64,000 bases of DNA, taken from NCBI RefSeq assembly GCF_009914755.1, contig NC_060926.1; one strand, 5' to 3'. The notes beneath the pieces are model-generated. The model saw only the letters and a list, made by a program, of their open reading frames with translations. It did no database searches and was not told the origin of the DNA. Positions 23,180 through 42,754 of this stretch are shown here, in pieces (within the stretch, counting starts at the first letter, position 1; each line of letters opens with the position of its first letter). A program made the position numbers and the translations under genes. Source of the stretch: the human T2T-CHM13v2.0 reference genome, Homo sapiens.

Positions 23180-23600
23180 GCCTTTTATTTTAAATAGTTT
23201 TCAATTTACAAAGAAGTTACAAAGACATAGAGTTTTCTGTATACTTCGCATCCACTGTCTGCAGTTGTTAACTCTTACATAACCATGGTATATTTGTCAC
23301 AAATAATCAATCAACCAAAGTAGTATGCTCCTATTAACTAAGCTCTACATCTTACTCACTTTCACTAGTTTTTGCCTGTGTTCTAGGATACTTTATGTTT
23401 AGTCATCATGTCCACTTAGCCACTTCTGGACTGTGACAGTTTCTCAGATGTTCCTTGTTTTTGATGACCTTGACAGTTCCAAAGAGTACTAGTCAGGTAT
23501 GTTGTAGAATGGCCCTCAAATTGGGTTTGTTTGATACATTTCTTGTGGTTACTTTGGAGTTATTGGATTTTGGGGGGAAGACCACAGAGGTGAAGTTGTA
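23180..23600 (-). mobile_element. L1MC4/5-like 3' end fragment
   Basis: 'ttgacag...agtactagtcaggtat...agaat...caaattggg' motif shared with 33720-34125 and 37060-37740. Confidence 0.65.
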
Positions 23601-23609
23601 GTAGTTTTT

Positions 23610-23901
23610 TGTTTGTTCTTTAGAGACAGGGTCTTGCTGTTGCCCAGTCTGGGTTGCTGTGGCAAGGTAATAGCTCACTCCAGCTTTGACCTCCTGGGCC
23701 CAAGTGATCCTCCCACCTCAGGCTCCTGAGAAGCCAGGACCACAGGCGTGCACCACCATGCCCAGCTAATTCTTAAATTTTTTGTAGAGATGGGGTCTTA
23801 CCATGTTGCCCAGGCTTGTCTCAAATTCCTGGCTTCAAGTGATCCTCCTGCCTTGGCCTCCCAAAGTGTTGGGATTACAGGAGTGAGCTAACACACCTAG
23901 A
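23610..23901 (-). mobile_element. Alu (AluJ-like)
   Basis: Diverged reverse Alu. Confidence 0.9.
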
Positions 23902-23974
23902 CTGTACTAGTAGATTTTTAAATTAAATTAAAAACAAGAATTCACATGTTCAAAATCAGATGTAAAGTAGTAGA

Positions 23975-29640
<5,666 letters not shown>

Positions 29641-30093
29641 AACTTAAAAGGGAATATTGTGAAGTCTTGCTACCATTGTTTCCCACTCCCACCTACAGCT
29701 AACTGTTTTAATTGTGGCATATAATACATACGGCTCTGCCCTTTTAACAGTATGGTATGTTTTGGAGCTCATTCCCTATCAGTACAGAGTGAGCTTTCTT
29801 GTTCTGTTGCCAATGTTACTATAGTATTTTACTATAGAAGTATATAATAATATCTATAGGAAATCCTTAAAAGTGGATAGCTGGCTTTAAAAGTAAATGC
29901 ATTTTTAATTTTAATAGATATTGGCAAATTGCCCTCTATGAGTTATAGGAGTTATAGTCCCAACAGCAAGCACAATCCTACAATCATGGCTTAACAAAAT
30001 GATCAGTTTAGTATTACAGATACAACTCCCTATTGGAGGTTGGGGGGCAAATAGGAGAATCACACACACACACACACACACACGTTACCATCA

Positions 30094-30291
<198 letters not shown>

Positions 30292-30849
30292 TTAAAGGAA
30301 TGAGAAAAAAAAAAAAAAAGGGAACATGAATTGAGTACTCAAGAACTTTACCAAATAAATTATAGACAAAGTGAGTAGAGATATTTACTAAGTAAGCTTT
30401 CAAAGCCTTATAAGAGTATTAATTCAAAATAAAAAAGAACTATTTTTAAAAGTCAAAATTGGTAGCTCTGCACAGTTTATTATTTGCCATTTTAGATCTA
30501 CAAATTTGGATCAATATTTAGTTGTGACAAAGGGAATCAACTCTAGGTGCATTTGCTCCACTCAACTGGAACGGCTAGATTCTATCTTTAACACAATTAG
30601 GGATACATGTCTTAAGGGCAGATGTGGACATTAGTTACTTCTAATGTGCGCAGATAGACACATATTATTTAATTTCTTTTCCACTTATATCCACAAAACT
30701 TATACTACCTATGTGCAATTTGCATATATGAGATATACTTTGGGTCCACAAAAGAGAAATAATTTCTAAAAGTAAGAAAAAGCTTTCTCTCCAACCTGGA
30801 ATGTTACAAAAAATTATATTAGTGGCAGTTATCAAATACTAATCCAACA

Positions 30850-31090
30850 TGGTTAACACTCACTCAGCGCTAAGCACATGCAGAACACTGTTCTCAGTGC
30901 TTTATTAATTTACTTGGTTCTTACAATAAGCCTCTAAGGTAGGTACTAGCATCAGCTCAACTCTACAGAAAAGAGGGATATGGAAAATTGAAATGATCTT
31001 GGTCAAGATCACGTGACTACTTAGGTGAGGGAGCTAGGATTAGAACATAGTCAGTCCATCTCCAGACTCTGTGCTCTTAACCACTATGCC
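30850..31090 (+). mobile_element. MIR
   Basis: Diverged MIR core (ggtaggtact...aagatcac...ggagctaggattagaac...tgctcttaaccactatgc). Confidence 0.7.
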
Positions 31091-31458
31091 AGACTGTTTA
31101 TGTGTAACAAGGGGGTGGGCGGGGGGGGGTGTCTCTTTAACCTTCAGCCTCAGTTTACTTCTGTAAAATGTAAAATATAATAGTATTAGATTAAAAGCCT
31201 GGCACGTAGTAGGCTGTCAAATTCTAATTCCCTCTTCCAACAGTAGTTATTTTGATACCTTCTAAAATTAAAATTGATTTGCCCTTCAAGTATGCTACTG
31301 TTACTCCATTGTGATGCATTATGCAAGTTTCATCTGAACTCACTGACATCTGTTCTACTCAGTGACATTCAAGTCCCACTGTGGGTTTCTTTCATGGGAC
31401 AGCTTTCCCCATGCTCCTGTCCTGATTCAAGGGCATAACAAAGAGTGAGTGTTCGTAC

Positions 31459-31697
31459 TTGGAGCATCAACAGTCCCAAGTGAACTCATCTGCATCCATT
31501 CTGCTTGGAGCCCAGCAATAGCATCTGGTGGATCTTCTGCAATGGCAGCGTCAGTGTCTGTGAGTCTGCAAGCCTCAACGCCCAACTCTGCCTCACAGGT
31601 AAGTACCCCACCTGCAGCAGGCTGGCTCAGACGAAGTAAGGATGCTGAATACATGTGAGACGACAAGGCCTGTTTTGGGCTTTTCTCTTGAATTGGA
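31459..31697 (-). CDS. BUB1: BUB1 exon 18 (239 nt)
   Basis: PIQEKSPKQALSSH...LGTVDAP; donor A|gtacga. Confidence 0.98.
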
Positions 31698-32138
31698 CTG
31701 GACGTGTGAAAGGAATAAAGAAACCAAAACACCACATGATTAGAAATCTGTTGGATTCAGTCACATGAAATTCCCTTCTCATTCTAGAAATGACATTTCA
31801 CAATAGCCTCACAGACTAAAAGTTGATTAAAGCATTTTTAGACAAACAAATCTATGAAAATATACAGCTAGTACAATATGAACAGAAATAATAAAATCAA
31901 GATATGGTTATATTAGATAAATAGGTGAGGTAATACATGGGATATTCTTTAGTAGGAAATGTCAGGAGTGGGTTTATTTCTCCAAGCTGCATCTATGCGA
32001 CACTACTATCATCAAGACTGAATATTTAACTTTATTCCAAAAATGGCTGCTTTTATAACATTGAAACAAACAGAAAATGTCAATCACAATACAACACTCC
32101 AGTACACTTCCATATATATAGTCATGTGCTGCATAACA

Positions 32139-32939
32139 ACAATTCAGAGGACAGCATATGCAATGGTGGCCCCATAGGATCATAATGGAGCCGAAAACCT
32201 CCAGTCTCCTAGTGATGTCTGATGATCCTGACCCTGGGTGTGTAGGCCTCAGCTAATGTGTATGTTTGTGTGGTCGTTTTTAACAAAAAAGTTTAAAAAG
32301 TGAAAAAAAAAATTTTTTTAATGCTTATAGAATGATATAAAGAAAAAATATTTTTGTATAGTTGTACAATGTGTTTGTTTTTTAAGCTAAGTGTTGTTAC
32401 AAAAGTCAAAAAGATAAAACTTTTTAAGTTTATAAAGTAAAAAGCTCACAGTAAGCTAAGGCTAATTTATTACTGAAGAAAAATTTTTCTTATAAGTTTA
32501 GTGTAACCTAACTATAGTGTTTCTGAAGTCTACAGCAGTGCACAGTAATGTCCTAGGCCCTCACGTTCACTCACCACTCACTCACTCACTGACCCACCCA
32601 GAGCAACTTCAGTCCTGCAAGCTCCATTCATGGGAAGTGCCCTATACAGAACACCATTTTTTATCTTTTACACTGTATTTTTACTATATCTTCTCTATGT
32701 TTACATACACAAATTCTTACACCACTCTGTTGCCATTGCCTATAGTATTCAATACAATAACATGCTGTACATGTTTTTAGCCTATGAGCCACAGGTTATA
32801 CCATATAGCCTAGGTGTGTAGTAAACTAATCAAACCATCTAAGTTCATGTAAATACACTCTGATGTTCATGTAACAATGAAACTGCCTAAAGACACATTT
32901 CTCAGAAAGTATCCCAGTTGTTAAGCAACTGCATGACTG
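32139..32939 (+). mobile_element. Tigger3-like DNA transposon
   Basis: TIR-like ends tagtcatgtgctgcataac.../...gttaagcaactgcatgactg with TA flanks. Confidence 0.75.
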
Positions 32940-32969
32940 TACATGGAAGTATATGTATACATATACATC

Positions 32970-33005
<36 letters not shown>

Positions 33006-33006
33006 A

Positions 33007-33587
33007 CAGTTGATCCTTATTATTAATGGATTTCATATTTGTGAATTCACCTGCATGCTAAAATTTATTTGTAAGCTTCAAATCAATACTCATAGTGATT
33101 TTTCAGTCATTTACAGAACGCAGAGTGATGAAAAATTGAGCCACCTAACATACATGTTCTGAGCTAAGGTTGAACAAGGTGACACTCAGCCTTCCGGTTC
33201 CAGCTCTCATACTGCAAACAAGTATCCTTTTCGAGCTGTACTTAGTGTCACAATTTTTGTGTCTTTGTGCTTTTTCTTGGTGATTTTGGTATTGAAAATG
33301 GTCCCAAAGTATAGTGCTGAAGTGCTCTCTAATGTTCCTAAGCACTAGAAACCTGTGAAAATATGTGTATTAGATAAGCTTTATTTAGATGTAAGTCAGT
33401 GTTGCTGGACATAAATTCAATGTTAATGAATTGACAATATATAATAAATAAGGTGTTTTTTAACAAAATGTTGTTATTAGAGGCTTGAAGGATGCTGTCT
33501 GTATTCCCCTTAAGAATATTCGGTATTCACTAATTCAGTGTTTGTGGTGACTCTATAGAATTATAGTGAATAATGAGAACTGACTGC
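33007..33587 (+). mobile_element. Tigger4-like DNA transposon
   Basis: Ends cagttgatccttattatt.../...aataatgagaactgactg. Confidence 0.7.
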
Positions 33588-34348
33588 ACATATATCTCCA
33601 CATACACCCCCAATCAATATCTACCTAAACATACTGAAGTATGTATTTTTATACAAATAAATTTATACATGCAATTTCATACACTGCTATTTTCACTTGT
33701 CACATTTTTCCGTTGTAAACTTTTTTCAACTATACTTTCTTTGTAATAATTTTAGGTATAAAGAAATGTTGCAAAGATAATAGAGAATTCCTGTATACTC
33801 CTCACTCAATTTCTGCTAAGATTATCCTTTCCTATTACAATGGTACCTTTGTCAAAACTAATAAACCAACATTTGTTCCATTACTATTAACTAAACTGTA
33901 GACATCATTCAATTTCACCACTCTTTTCACTAAGGAACTTCTGCTTCAGGATCTAGTCCTGGGTACCAGGTTGCATTTAGTTGCTATGTCTCTTTACTCT
34001 TCTTTCATCTGTGACAGTTTCTTAGTCTTTCTTAGTTTCCCAAGACCTTGACAGTTTTGAGGAGTACTGGCCAGGTATTCTGGAGAATGTCCTTCAATTT
34101 GGGTTTCTCTGATGTTTTCTCATCAAGCACCGGCCTGATGTATCAAGTGCTTAGGTTCACTGTTGTATGTATATTCACGGAGAGTACCTTCTGACTTAAA
34201 GCTACTAGTCCATAAAATCTTTATTGGCCTTTAAGGCTAAAATTAGGTATTCTATTACAGCCTAAAAGGCAAAGCTAGAATGAAAATGGTAAACAATGTT
34301 AGAATGAAAATGAAGAGAATGGCAGAACCAAATAAACCCTCACAATAC

Positions 34349-34436
34349 CTGAATTTTCCATCCCTTGAAGGCACCACCATGTTTTCCTCACAAGAATCCA
34401 AAGTCGCCTGGGTACACTGTTTTGCTACCACATTTT
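34349..34436 (-). CDS. BUB1: BUB1 exon 17 (88 nt)
   Basis: NVVAKQCTQATLDSCEENMVVPSRDGKF; donor AG|gtattg. Confidence 0.98.
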
Positions 34437-34635
34437 CTGAAAGATTCAAAAATTAGAGACAAGATATGTTAGATGCACATGTGTGCACAACACACACCAT
34501 TTGATATGGTTACAAAGTCTAGGATTTCTTTTGACACTGACTTGCATTATGATTTCAAAATAGTGTTCCATTGTAAAATGTATAATAAGATTAAAAAAAT
34601 GGGAGGAAAAAATCACTTTAAAAAAATCCACTACT

Positions 34636-34915
34636 GGCCAGGCACAGTGGCTCATGCCTATATCCCAGTGCTTTGGGAGGCTGAGGTGGGAGGATCACTT
34701 GAGGCCAGTAGTTTGAGGCAAGGCTGAGCAACATAGTGAGACCCTATCCCTAAAATAACTTTTTAAAATTAACCAGATGTGGTGGTAGGAGCCTGTAGCC
34801 CTAGCTACTCAAGAGGCTGAGGTAGGAGGATCACTTGAGCCCAGGAGTTTGAGGCTGCACTGCACTCAGCCTGGGCAACATAGCAAGACCGTATCTCTTA
34901 AAAACAAACAAACAA
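34636..34915 (+). mobile_element. Alu (AluJ-like)
   Basis: Diverged Alu dimer. Confidence 0.9.
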
Positions 34916-35825
34916 ATAAAATCTACTACTAATATATGTGAGCATTTCAACTCTACATCTAATTCCTATAATCCTTCAAGAAAAAAGGGGTCGAGAGAGT
35001 GGCAAGTCCATTGTGGGCAGGATGACCAGACCATGGGAAGTTACTGGTACGGATGGCAGGGCTACACCCAGCTTCAGGAGAACCTGAAGACAAGAACATG
35101 GAGAGTAAAAGGCTACAATGCTTCTGGAGGGCAGAGATTTTGGGTTTTTCACTTTAACATGTTGTAGTCAATTAGTTGATTGACTAAATTAGCATTTAAT
35201 TTATTGAAACGATTTTGTGTTTAAATCAGAAAGCAACCTGGCAATATTTATTACTCTCCATAATTAAAAAAAAAATCTATCTATAGATAGGTAAACTAGG
35301 AAGAACAGAAATACAGAATAAATTTCTACCAAGTGATTATAATACTGCACACAGCCAAGTATATTGGATTACATTTTATCAGATACTCCTTCACTGAACA
35401 GGTGTTACTACTTTTTAGCACTAGAACATTAGTTTTTGTTTATCGAGCCAAAGTGCCAAATACTCTTAAGAATAGCCAATATTGACTTTTTGAAGGATTC
35501 TTTAGACTCATTAAACTACTTTTCCTGGATGGAAAAGGCTTTAATCTTTTTTTTTTTTTTTTTTAATTAAAAGCAAGCTTGTGATGGTGCTTGGCAATTG
35601 TCAAAGTTTCAACTGACCTCTCCTTTAAGATTCAGAAAAGAAATTTATTATATTGGATTAGCACTCTAAGAAATCCTTGGTCAAAAATGTTTAGGTCTAT
35701 AGGCTCAGAACCCACATTAAAATATGCTTTCATCCAATGAAGTGAAATTCTTTGGCAGCTCTTCTATTATTGCTTTGGTAAACAATTGCTATATTTTAAA
35801 AGCGTGAGCAATGATAGTTAGTATA

Positions 35826-35960
35826 CAGTCAGCCCTCTGTATTCACAGGTTCCATATCCACAAGTTCTGCAGGGTCAACTATGGAACTTGAGCATCCACC
35901 TGGATTTTGGTATCTGCAGGGGTTCCTGGAACCAATCCTCTGTGGATACCAAGAGGACTG
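35826..35960. mobile_element. MER2-like Tigger MITE fragment
   Basis: cagtcagccctctgtatt...ggaaccaatcc...gataccaagaggactg inverted termini. Confidence 0.65.
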
Positions 35961-36651
35961 TCTAGTTTGTAGGTTGGTACTTAATAGTTAACAATTATCT
36001 GTGCTCAATGACAATGTCATATGTTAGGATTCAATTCAGATATATGATGAATTTTTAAATATATAGGGTGATAGATTTGAAACGGTAGAAATAAGGACTA
36101 CTTGTGAGTTTTATCATTACTTTCTTAAAGTCAGATCACTAAAAGTAGGAAAAATAAGACTTTCTGACTATCGTACTTGGCTATGTCTAATAAAGTTGAC
36201 ATATATGTGTGTAGACACACATCTAGGACTAAAATTGGCTGTTACTCTTATTAAATTAGAAAATATAAATGTTCATTATTTTTAGCATTCAAATAATTTA
36301 ATGTCTGTAGTGGCTGTTTTGTTTGCTATGAAACAAAATAAACATGCTCTATCTATACAAATGGGTTGGACCTTATTTCCTTTAAATGCTTCTATAGATT
36401 TTCTCCCATTCTACCTATAATCTAAGCTATTATATTTTAAAAATACATAGACTTTAGGAAGACAATATGCCAAAGGAAAAAAAAACCTATGAACAAAAAT
36501 ACAATGAACAGATTTTAAGTTTCTTCTTTATGATTTTCAAAGTTCCCATGTGGAATTTCCATGAAGAAAACTACAAGAATCAAACTTCATGAAGAAAACT
36601 GAAAGAATCAAAGTTGGCAGAAGACAGACACTAAAACAGTGTAACACACAC

Positions 36652-36829
36652 CTTTATCTTCTAAAATGTGCACTGACTCCACTGGAAGCTTGTGGAATGG
36701 TGTAGACGCAAGTTGTGCAGCAGATGTGAAGTCTCCTGGGCTCTTAGGACTGGGTGCCAGGGTTTTGTTGCAGCGAATACCCCATACAGTTGAGTCATCC
36801 AAAAACTCTTCAGCATGAGGCACTTCCTC
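36652..36829 (-). CDS. BUB1: BUB1 exon 16 (178 nt)
   Basis: EEVPHAEEFLDDSTVWGIRC...HILEDK; donor G|gtgtgt. Confidence 0.98.
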
Positions 36830-37948
36830 CTATAACAGAAGATGAAATGAAAAAAAAGCAGCAATCTCCCTCTTTAGTCCATGAAACCTTATTCAATAAC
36901 ACTTTAAGATCCAAAGAAATGAGGATTAAAGAAGAAACAGATGTCAACCCCTGGCTAATACAGCCCACAATATCATGGTTCAGTTCTTTTCCCCAGAACT
37001 GGAAAATCAGTGGAGTTACATTACAGCAAGAGCCACATTTTTGTTTTCAAATTATATATATATTTTTTAATTTGAAAAAGTTGTGATTTACAGAAGAGTT
37101 ACAAAGATAGCACAGAATTTCCACATACCCTCCTCACCAAGCTTCCTCTAATGTCAACTTCTTATAGAACTGTGGCACATTTGTAAAAATGAAATAGTAC
37201 TATTAACTGTAGTTTGGATTTCACCTTTTTTTTCCCACTAATGTGCCTCCTCTGTTCAGGGATCCAATCCAGGATCCCATGTCACCTTTAGTTCTCAAGT
37301 GTTCTTAGCCTCCTTGAGTCTGTCATTGTCTATTGGCCTTTCCGAGTCTTTTTTGTACTGACACTTTTGAACACTAGTCAGAAACTCCGTAGAATGTCCC
37401 TACACAGTTTGGGCTTATTTGATGTTTTCTCATGATTAGACTGGGGTTACAGATTTTTGGGAAGGATATCAGAGGTGAAATGTTCTTCTCATTACATCAT
37501 ATTAGGGGATATCTGCTGTCAACATGACTTATTCCTGGTTAACCCAATCACTTGATTAGGCAGAATCTCCCATGTTTCCCTACTGTAATCTAATTTTCCC
37601 TTTCCCTTTGCTTTTTGTCTGAAGCAAGTCACCAAATCTAGCCACACTCAAAAGGAGATGAATTAAACTGGAGGAAAAAAATTCAAAGAATTTGTGGATA
37701 AATGTGAAACCACCACAGTAATGAATATTAATAAATAATTTTGGTAGGACACTTGGAAAATATGCACATACCCTGTTTCTTCTTGAATAATTATTAAATA
37801 ATGTCCTAAAAGAAACATATTCTTCCTATGTTTCATAGTTTTTAGCATAGTTTCACATACACAATATCCTCTGACTGGCATAATCATTTGGTAGAATAAA
37901 GCGGATGGGTTGTAGGACCCATTTCATAGATAAAACAGGTTTGTTTAC

Positions 37949-38030
37949 CTTTGGTTTTGAAGGAAGTCTGCTGACAGAGCGTTCTCCAAAGGTCCTGGCT
38001 CCTGTGGGTTTATTTTTAGGCTGTGGTAAT
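37949..38030 (-). CDS. BUB1: BUB1 exon 15 (82 nt)
   Basis: LPQPKNKPTGARTFGERSVSRLPSKPK; donor AAG|gtaaac. Confidence 0.98.
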
Positions 38031-38458
38031 CTAAGGAAAGATTTGCTAAATTATAAATAGTAAAATATGCTAAGGAAATAAATGCTATCACTTGACCATT
38101 AGAAAAGTTCTCTACTTATCCTATTTAATGAGTTAATCTTTATATAGATATTCCTTGCTTTTATAGCAGTTCTAGCAAAACTGAGTGTAATCAAATTAAC
38201 ATGACTTATAAAAGTAGACCTATCATTACTTGAGGGTGGGAAGTACAGAAATTTCTGTCACATAACTTTTAGAAGCCAAAAATGAATTCCTGCAGTACTG
38301 TAAATCTGGAGAACTTTGGCAACACCCCCCTGGTTGTGTGGTCAAAAGGCTCATTTGACCATGTGATTGGCAGTTCACATTCTCTCCTCACCACCCCACC
38401 ACCTCTGGTCCCAGAGAAAACTCGGCAGCATCCCATTAACTAGATGGTATTTTTTTAC

Positions 38459-38558
38459 CCATAATTTTCTTTGTTTCCATCTTCAAACACATGAAAAGCA
38501 GATGACAAAGAAGAGATGATCTTATTGACTCCCCAAGCCCCAGATGACCTTACATTTT
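38459..38558 (-). CDS. BUB1: BUB1 exon 14 (100 nt)
   Basis: NVRSSGAWGVNK...FHVFEDGNKENY (ABBA motif and KEN box). Confidence 0.98.
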
Positions 38559-39322
38559 CTGCAACAGAATAAAAAATAGCATCTAATTATTGTACTAGGA
38601 AAAAACATCCTTTATATTAAACTTCAACTACAAATAAGAAAAAGGACTAACAGCTGACAGAAAAGAACTAATATCAGCTTTTCAAATACTAGGCAGTAAG
38701 TCACTATAGTGAGATGAAGTGACTTAACTATGGTAACAGGGTTTTGTACTCAAGTCCCAGGTCACGAGTCCCTGCCACATATCAGCAAGGTGTTAATCAT
38801 TCTCCTAAATCAGTACTATTGTCACCTGACTCACTCAATAAACGCTCTCAGGGTTTCGTTTTCCATTTCCTTCAAGAAAGAATTAAGCTCTTAGCTTTAC
38901 ATTTCAAGTCCTCCTGAGTCTAATTGGCTTCTACTTATCTTTATCATGATCTCTGGCTTCTAGCATGAATCCCCTGACTCTAGACAAATGTGGGCTAGCT
39001 GCCAGCCTCCTCTAATACTCTGCCCCAGCCATTCCTCTACCAGTGAAGGCTCAAGTCACACCTTGAGTACTCAGCCCTTCTTATCCATGGGGGTTTTGTC
39101 CTTTTTTAGCACTATTCTTTTTTTTTTTTTCCCTTTAATCAAGCAAATCTATCACACACATTGAGTACCTTGTCAAGAACTGTCTTATTTTTATTTCATG
39201 CATTCCCTGCCTTTATGTGACAAGCTAATCAAGGGCAGGGTCACCTCTTAAATAATTCTTGATATTTTCTGTGATAACCACCTATAATGCTATGCACTTA
39301 GTAGCTTTTAAATAGTTATTAC

Positions 39323-39433
39323 TTTGAAACTGGGCTTCAAATGCATCTTCATTTTGATCTAGAGATTGCCATTCATCTTTGTCATCAGAAATATCAGGAA
39401 GTGTAGGAGCCTGAAACATATTCATGATGAAAC
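39323..39433 (-). CDS. BUB1: BUB1 exon 13 (111 nt)
   Basis: FIMNMFQAPTLPDISDDKDEW...AQFQ. Confidence 0.98.
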
Positions 39434-39526
39434 CTTAAAGAACAAAAAGAATAATTGTAAACAGGTTGCAAAAGAGCTTTCATTAACTTGTCATCAGGTG
39501 CTACACACTCAGATAAAATACTTTAC

Positions 39527-39655
39527 CTAATGCTTCTTTTGTGTGCACGGTGGGTGATGGCTGCACTTTGGATGGCGTTGCCTGAACCATTCCCAGTGAT
39601 GTGTTTGGAGTTGTGTGAAAAGAACTTGTGTTGGCAACCTTATGTGTTTCACACC
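39527..39655 (-). CDS. BUB1: BUB1 exon 12 (129 nt)
   Basis: CETHKVANT...QPSPTVHTKEAL (start of CD1). Confidence 0.98.
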   Translation of the reverse strand, partial: GVKHIRLPTQVLFTQLQTHHWEWFRQRHPKCSHHPPCTQKKH

Positions 39656-40890
39656 CTAGCAAAGAAATGGAGACAAAATGTGGTATCAGTAGGGAAATCA
39701 GAATAACTTAAAAGACACACAATTTAAGTAAGTTACAATTAAAACAGTTTGTCATTGTTAAAAATTATCACTAAGAATTTCCAGTATTATAGTGCTTTCA
39801 TATATTTCATTTTTATCTTTATAATAGTCCTATGAAGTAAATGAGGTGAAAATTATCCTTTTACAGAAAAGGAAATGAAGGCTGAGAGAGATTGAGTGGT
39901 TGGTCTGGATTATACCAGATTAGCAACTTTGTCATAAATTATACCCTTAGTGCCACTGTATCCCAAGTTCATAGTCACAATGTAAATCTTAAGATTGGCT
40001 TCCCATCTCATTCCACTGCAGTCAGGCATAGAATACAAGGCCCTGCACAGCCTGGGTCCTGTTTGGTCAGGCCTCACCTTCCTCCTCTCCCTGCTTACCT
40101 CCCCACATTGGTCCCTTTGCTGTGCTTAGAATATATCAGAGATTTTCCTGCTTGAGGGCTTAGCACTTAATATTCCCTCTGTCTGAAAAGTTGCCCAAGC
40201 TAATGGCATGGTAGCTCCCTAACTTTAGCCCTTTACCCAAATATCACCTTGACTGAAATTTCAACCCCATAACTCCAATAGTACATTTCTTTCCCCCTCT
40301 GTGTGGGTGGAGATTTTTTGTTCATGACTTCATCCCTAACTATGTATAACAGTGCCTGGCACCTACAGAGCAGGCTCAGTAAGTCTTGGTTCAGTTAATG
40401 AACCTCCAGCTATTTCAAACAGCCCTCCTCCTCACCAAACTGTCCAGAAAAAAAATGTCCCAGTCACACAGCGGAGAAGTGAAAGCCCAACCTGTGCATC
40501 TTATTATTTATAAGACTTATCTCCTATGCAAATGCCTCTAACAAAGTAGTACCGAATAACAGTGTAACACTCCTAATTAAACTTTTGATAACCTTTCCTA
40601 CCTAACATACTAAAGATGACTCTGTTTTGGATTAATTTCCTGAGAAATTTACTAGAAATGTATTCACAAATTACATTTCCAAAGAATGTTAAAGAAGATG
40701 AGACTAACAAGTGGATTTCTACATTTATTTGAAATGGTTCAGGGATAAATAACCTATACTCTAAGAATAGGAAATCTAACACTCAGGTTCATTAAGGCCT
40801 GAAGCCTTCATAAACCACAGCCACAAAATACACCTCTGAGTGATACAGAGGAATCTGGACAGAAACACATTTATTATAATTAAACATTAC

Positions 40891-41325
<435 letters not shown>

Positions 41326-42494
41326 CTATTAGAATTTTTAACTGACTCTCAAGAAATAATAGTAGAAAGAAAAAAGAATCAGTCAATAATTACAAGCCTG
41401 TTAAAATACAGATGGAACTACTTAGGGTCTACAGTGTTAGTAAATAAACTGTTTTTTTTTTCCTTTCAGTTCCATTTCAGGAAAAGAATTCTTACAGAAA
41501 AGACCAGGTACTAAACATTTGTGTGACACAGGGATTACAGGGATAAGAACCATCTCTATATGTGGTAGAGTCCTATGACTATTCAAATGATCCCATTCAT
41601 TACAGAGGTTAAAGAGTTGAGCCCGGCTCCAGGCAGCTAACCAGAGTCAGGACGTGGAGAAGCACTGGTGCGCCTCAGCTGTGCAGGATACCTTTGCTGT
41701 GATAAGCCAGCAGCCACAGTGCAATGTCCTCTAGCATTTAAAAGTAATGGTTATCAAGAAAGAAAAAAATGACACACAAGCCATTTATATCACACTTTAA
41801 GTGCACTTGGGGTAGTGGATCTAACATGTCTATTTAACATTGCTGGAGTTCCCTTAATAAACCCTGTTAAGGTATAAAGTAAAACATGCAAAGCATTTTT
41901 AATTTTACAAATCCCTATAAAAACGAGCTAAAAGAGAGCCAAAATGACTGGAGGTAAAAATGTAACTTAAACGAGTGATATGACATTAACTATAATTTCT
42001 GAAATCTGGAAAAATCCCTCAAAATTGGGGTAAAAACTTCCAGTGCAGAGGTACATTTTGAGAGACAGAATCATGTGTATTAATCCCAAACTGCTCTCTA
42101 TGGGAAGACAGAAGGAATATGAGAACACATGTCAAGTAATTGTCTAGACAGTTATGATCCCTGTAGGTATTCAATCAAAGCCAGTGAGCAAAGGGAATTT
42201 TAGCCTAACAGCTGTATATTCTTCAGTTACAAAGTGACTGTTGACTTTCAGGTACTGAAAATTTTTAATTCACGAAAGTATAAAATAAATATTCTAAAAG
42301 AAGCATGGAATAAGTAAGCCTAAAGGATTGGGAGCAATGTTTTGCCACTTGCTTTTTCAACAACATACCTATCTAAAAATAAAAGGCAGACATCATTCAT
42401 CTTTTACATACTGTTCCTGATAATGCAGGTCATGTAAAGAAGGTGACAGGTGCCACTCACATCACTGTGATCTCTAGGACTACCTTCAGCTTAC

Positions 42495-42754
42495 CCAGCA
42501 TCTTTGCTGGCCACTGCAAACATGGAGTCTGTTACTGTCTGGGCTTTCAAAGGAACAGGAGGAGCAATGCTCTGGCTGGTGGCTGGGGACACCAAAGCTG
42601 CAGAAATAGCATTTGCCAAAGGAGGAACAACAGGAGGTGCCTCTCTTGGGTTCTTTTCCATGTTCACTGGTGTCTGCTGATAGGTTACTGGAAGACATGG
42701 CGCTCTCAGTTCCTGCTGGGAGCCTACACTTGGCCCCATACGTGCTGGATTAAC
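42495..42754 (-). CDS. BUB1: BUB1 exon 10 (260 nt)
   Basis: VNPARMGPSVGSQQEL...VASKDAG; donor GG|gtaagc. Confidence 0.98.

Noticed and set aside
36827-36832. TAG-GAG tandem acceptor at exon 16
   Set aside because: GAG is a rarely used acceptor and the effect would be loss of one Glu
39067-39160. Possible intronic box C/D snoRNA (I vaguely recall one annotated in a BUB1 intron); here GTGATAG...CTGA on the minus strand
   Set aside because: Degenerate C box, internal poly(A), no canonical terminal stem; I found no RTGATGA/CTGA pair with proper geometry in the introns I checked. A snoDB or Infernal search is needed.
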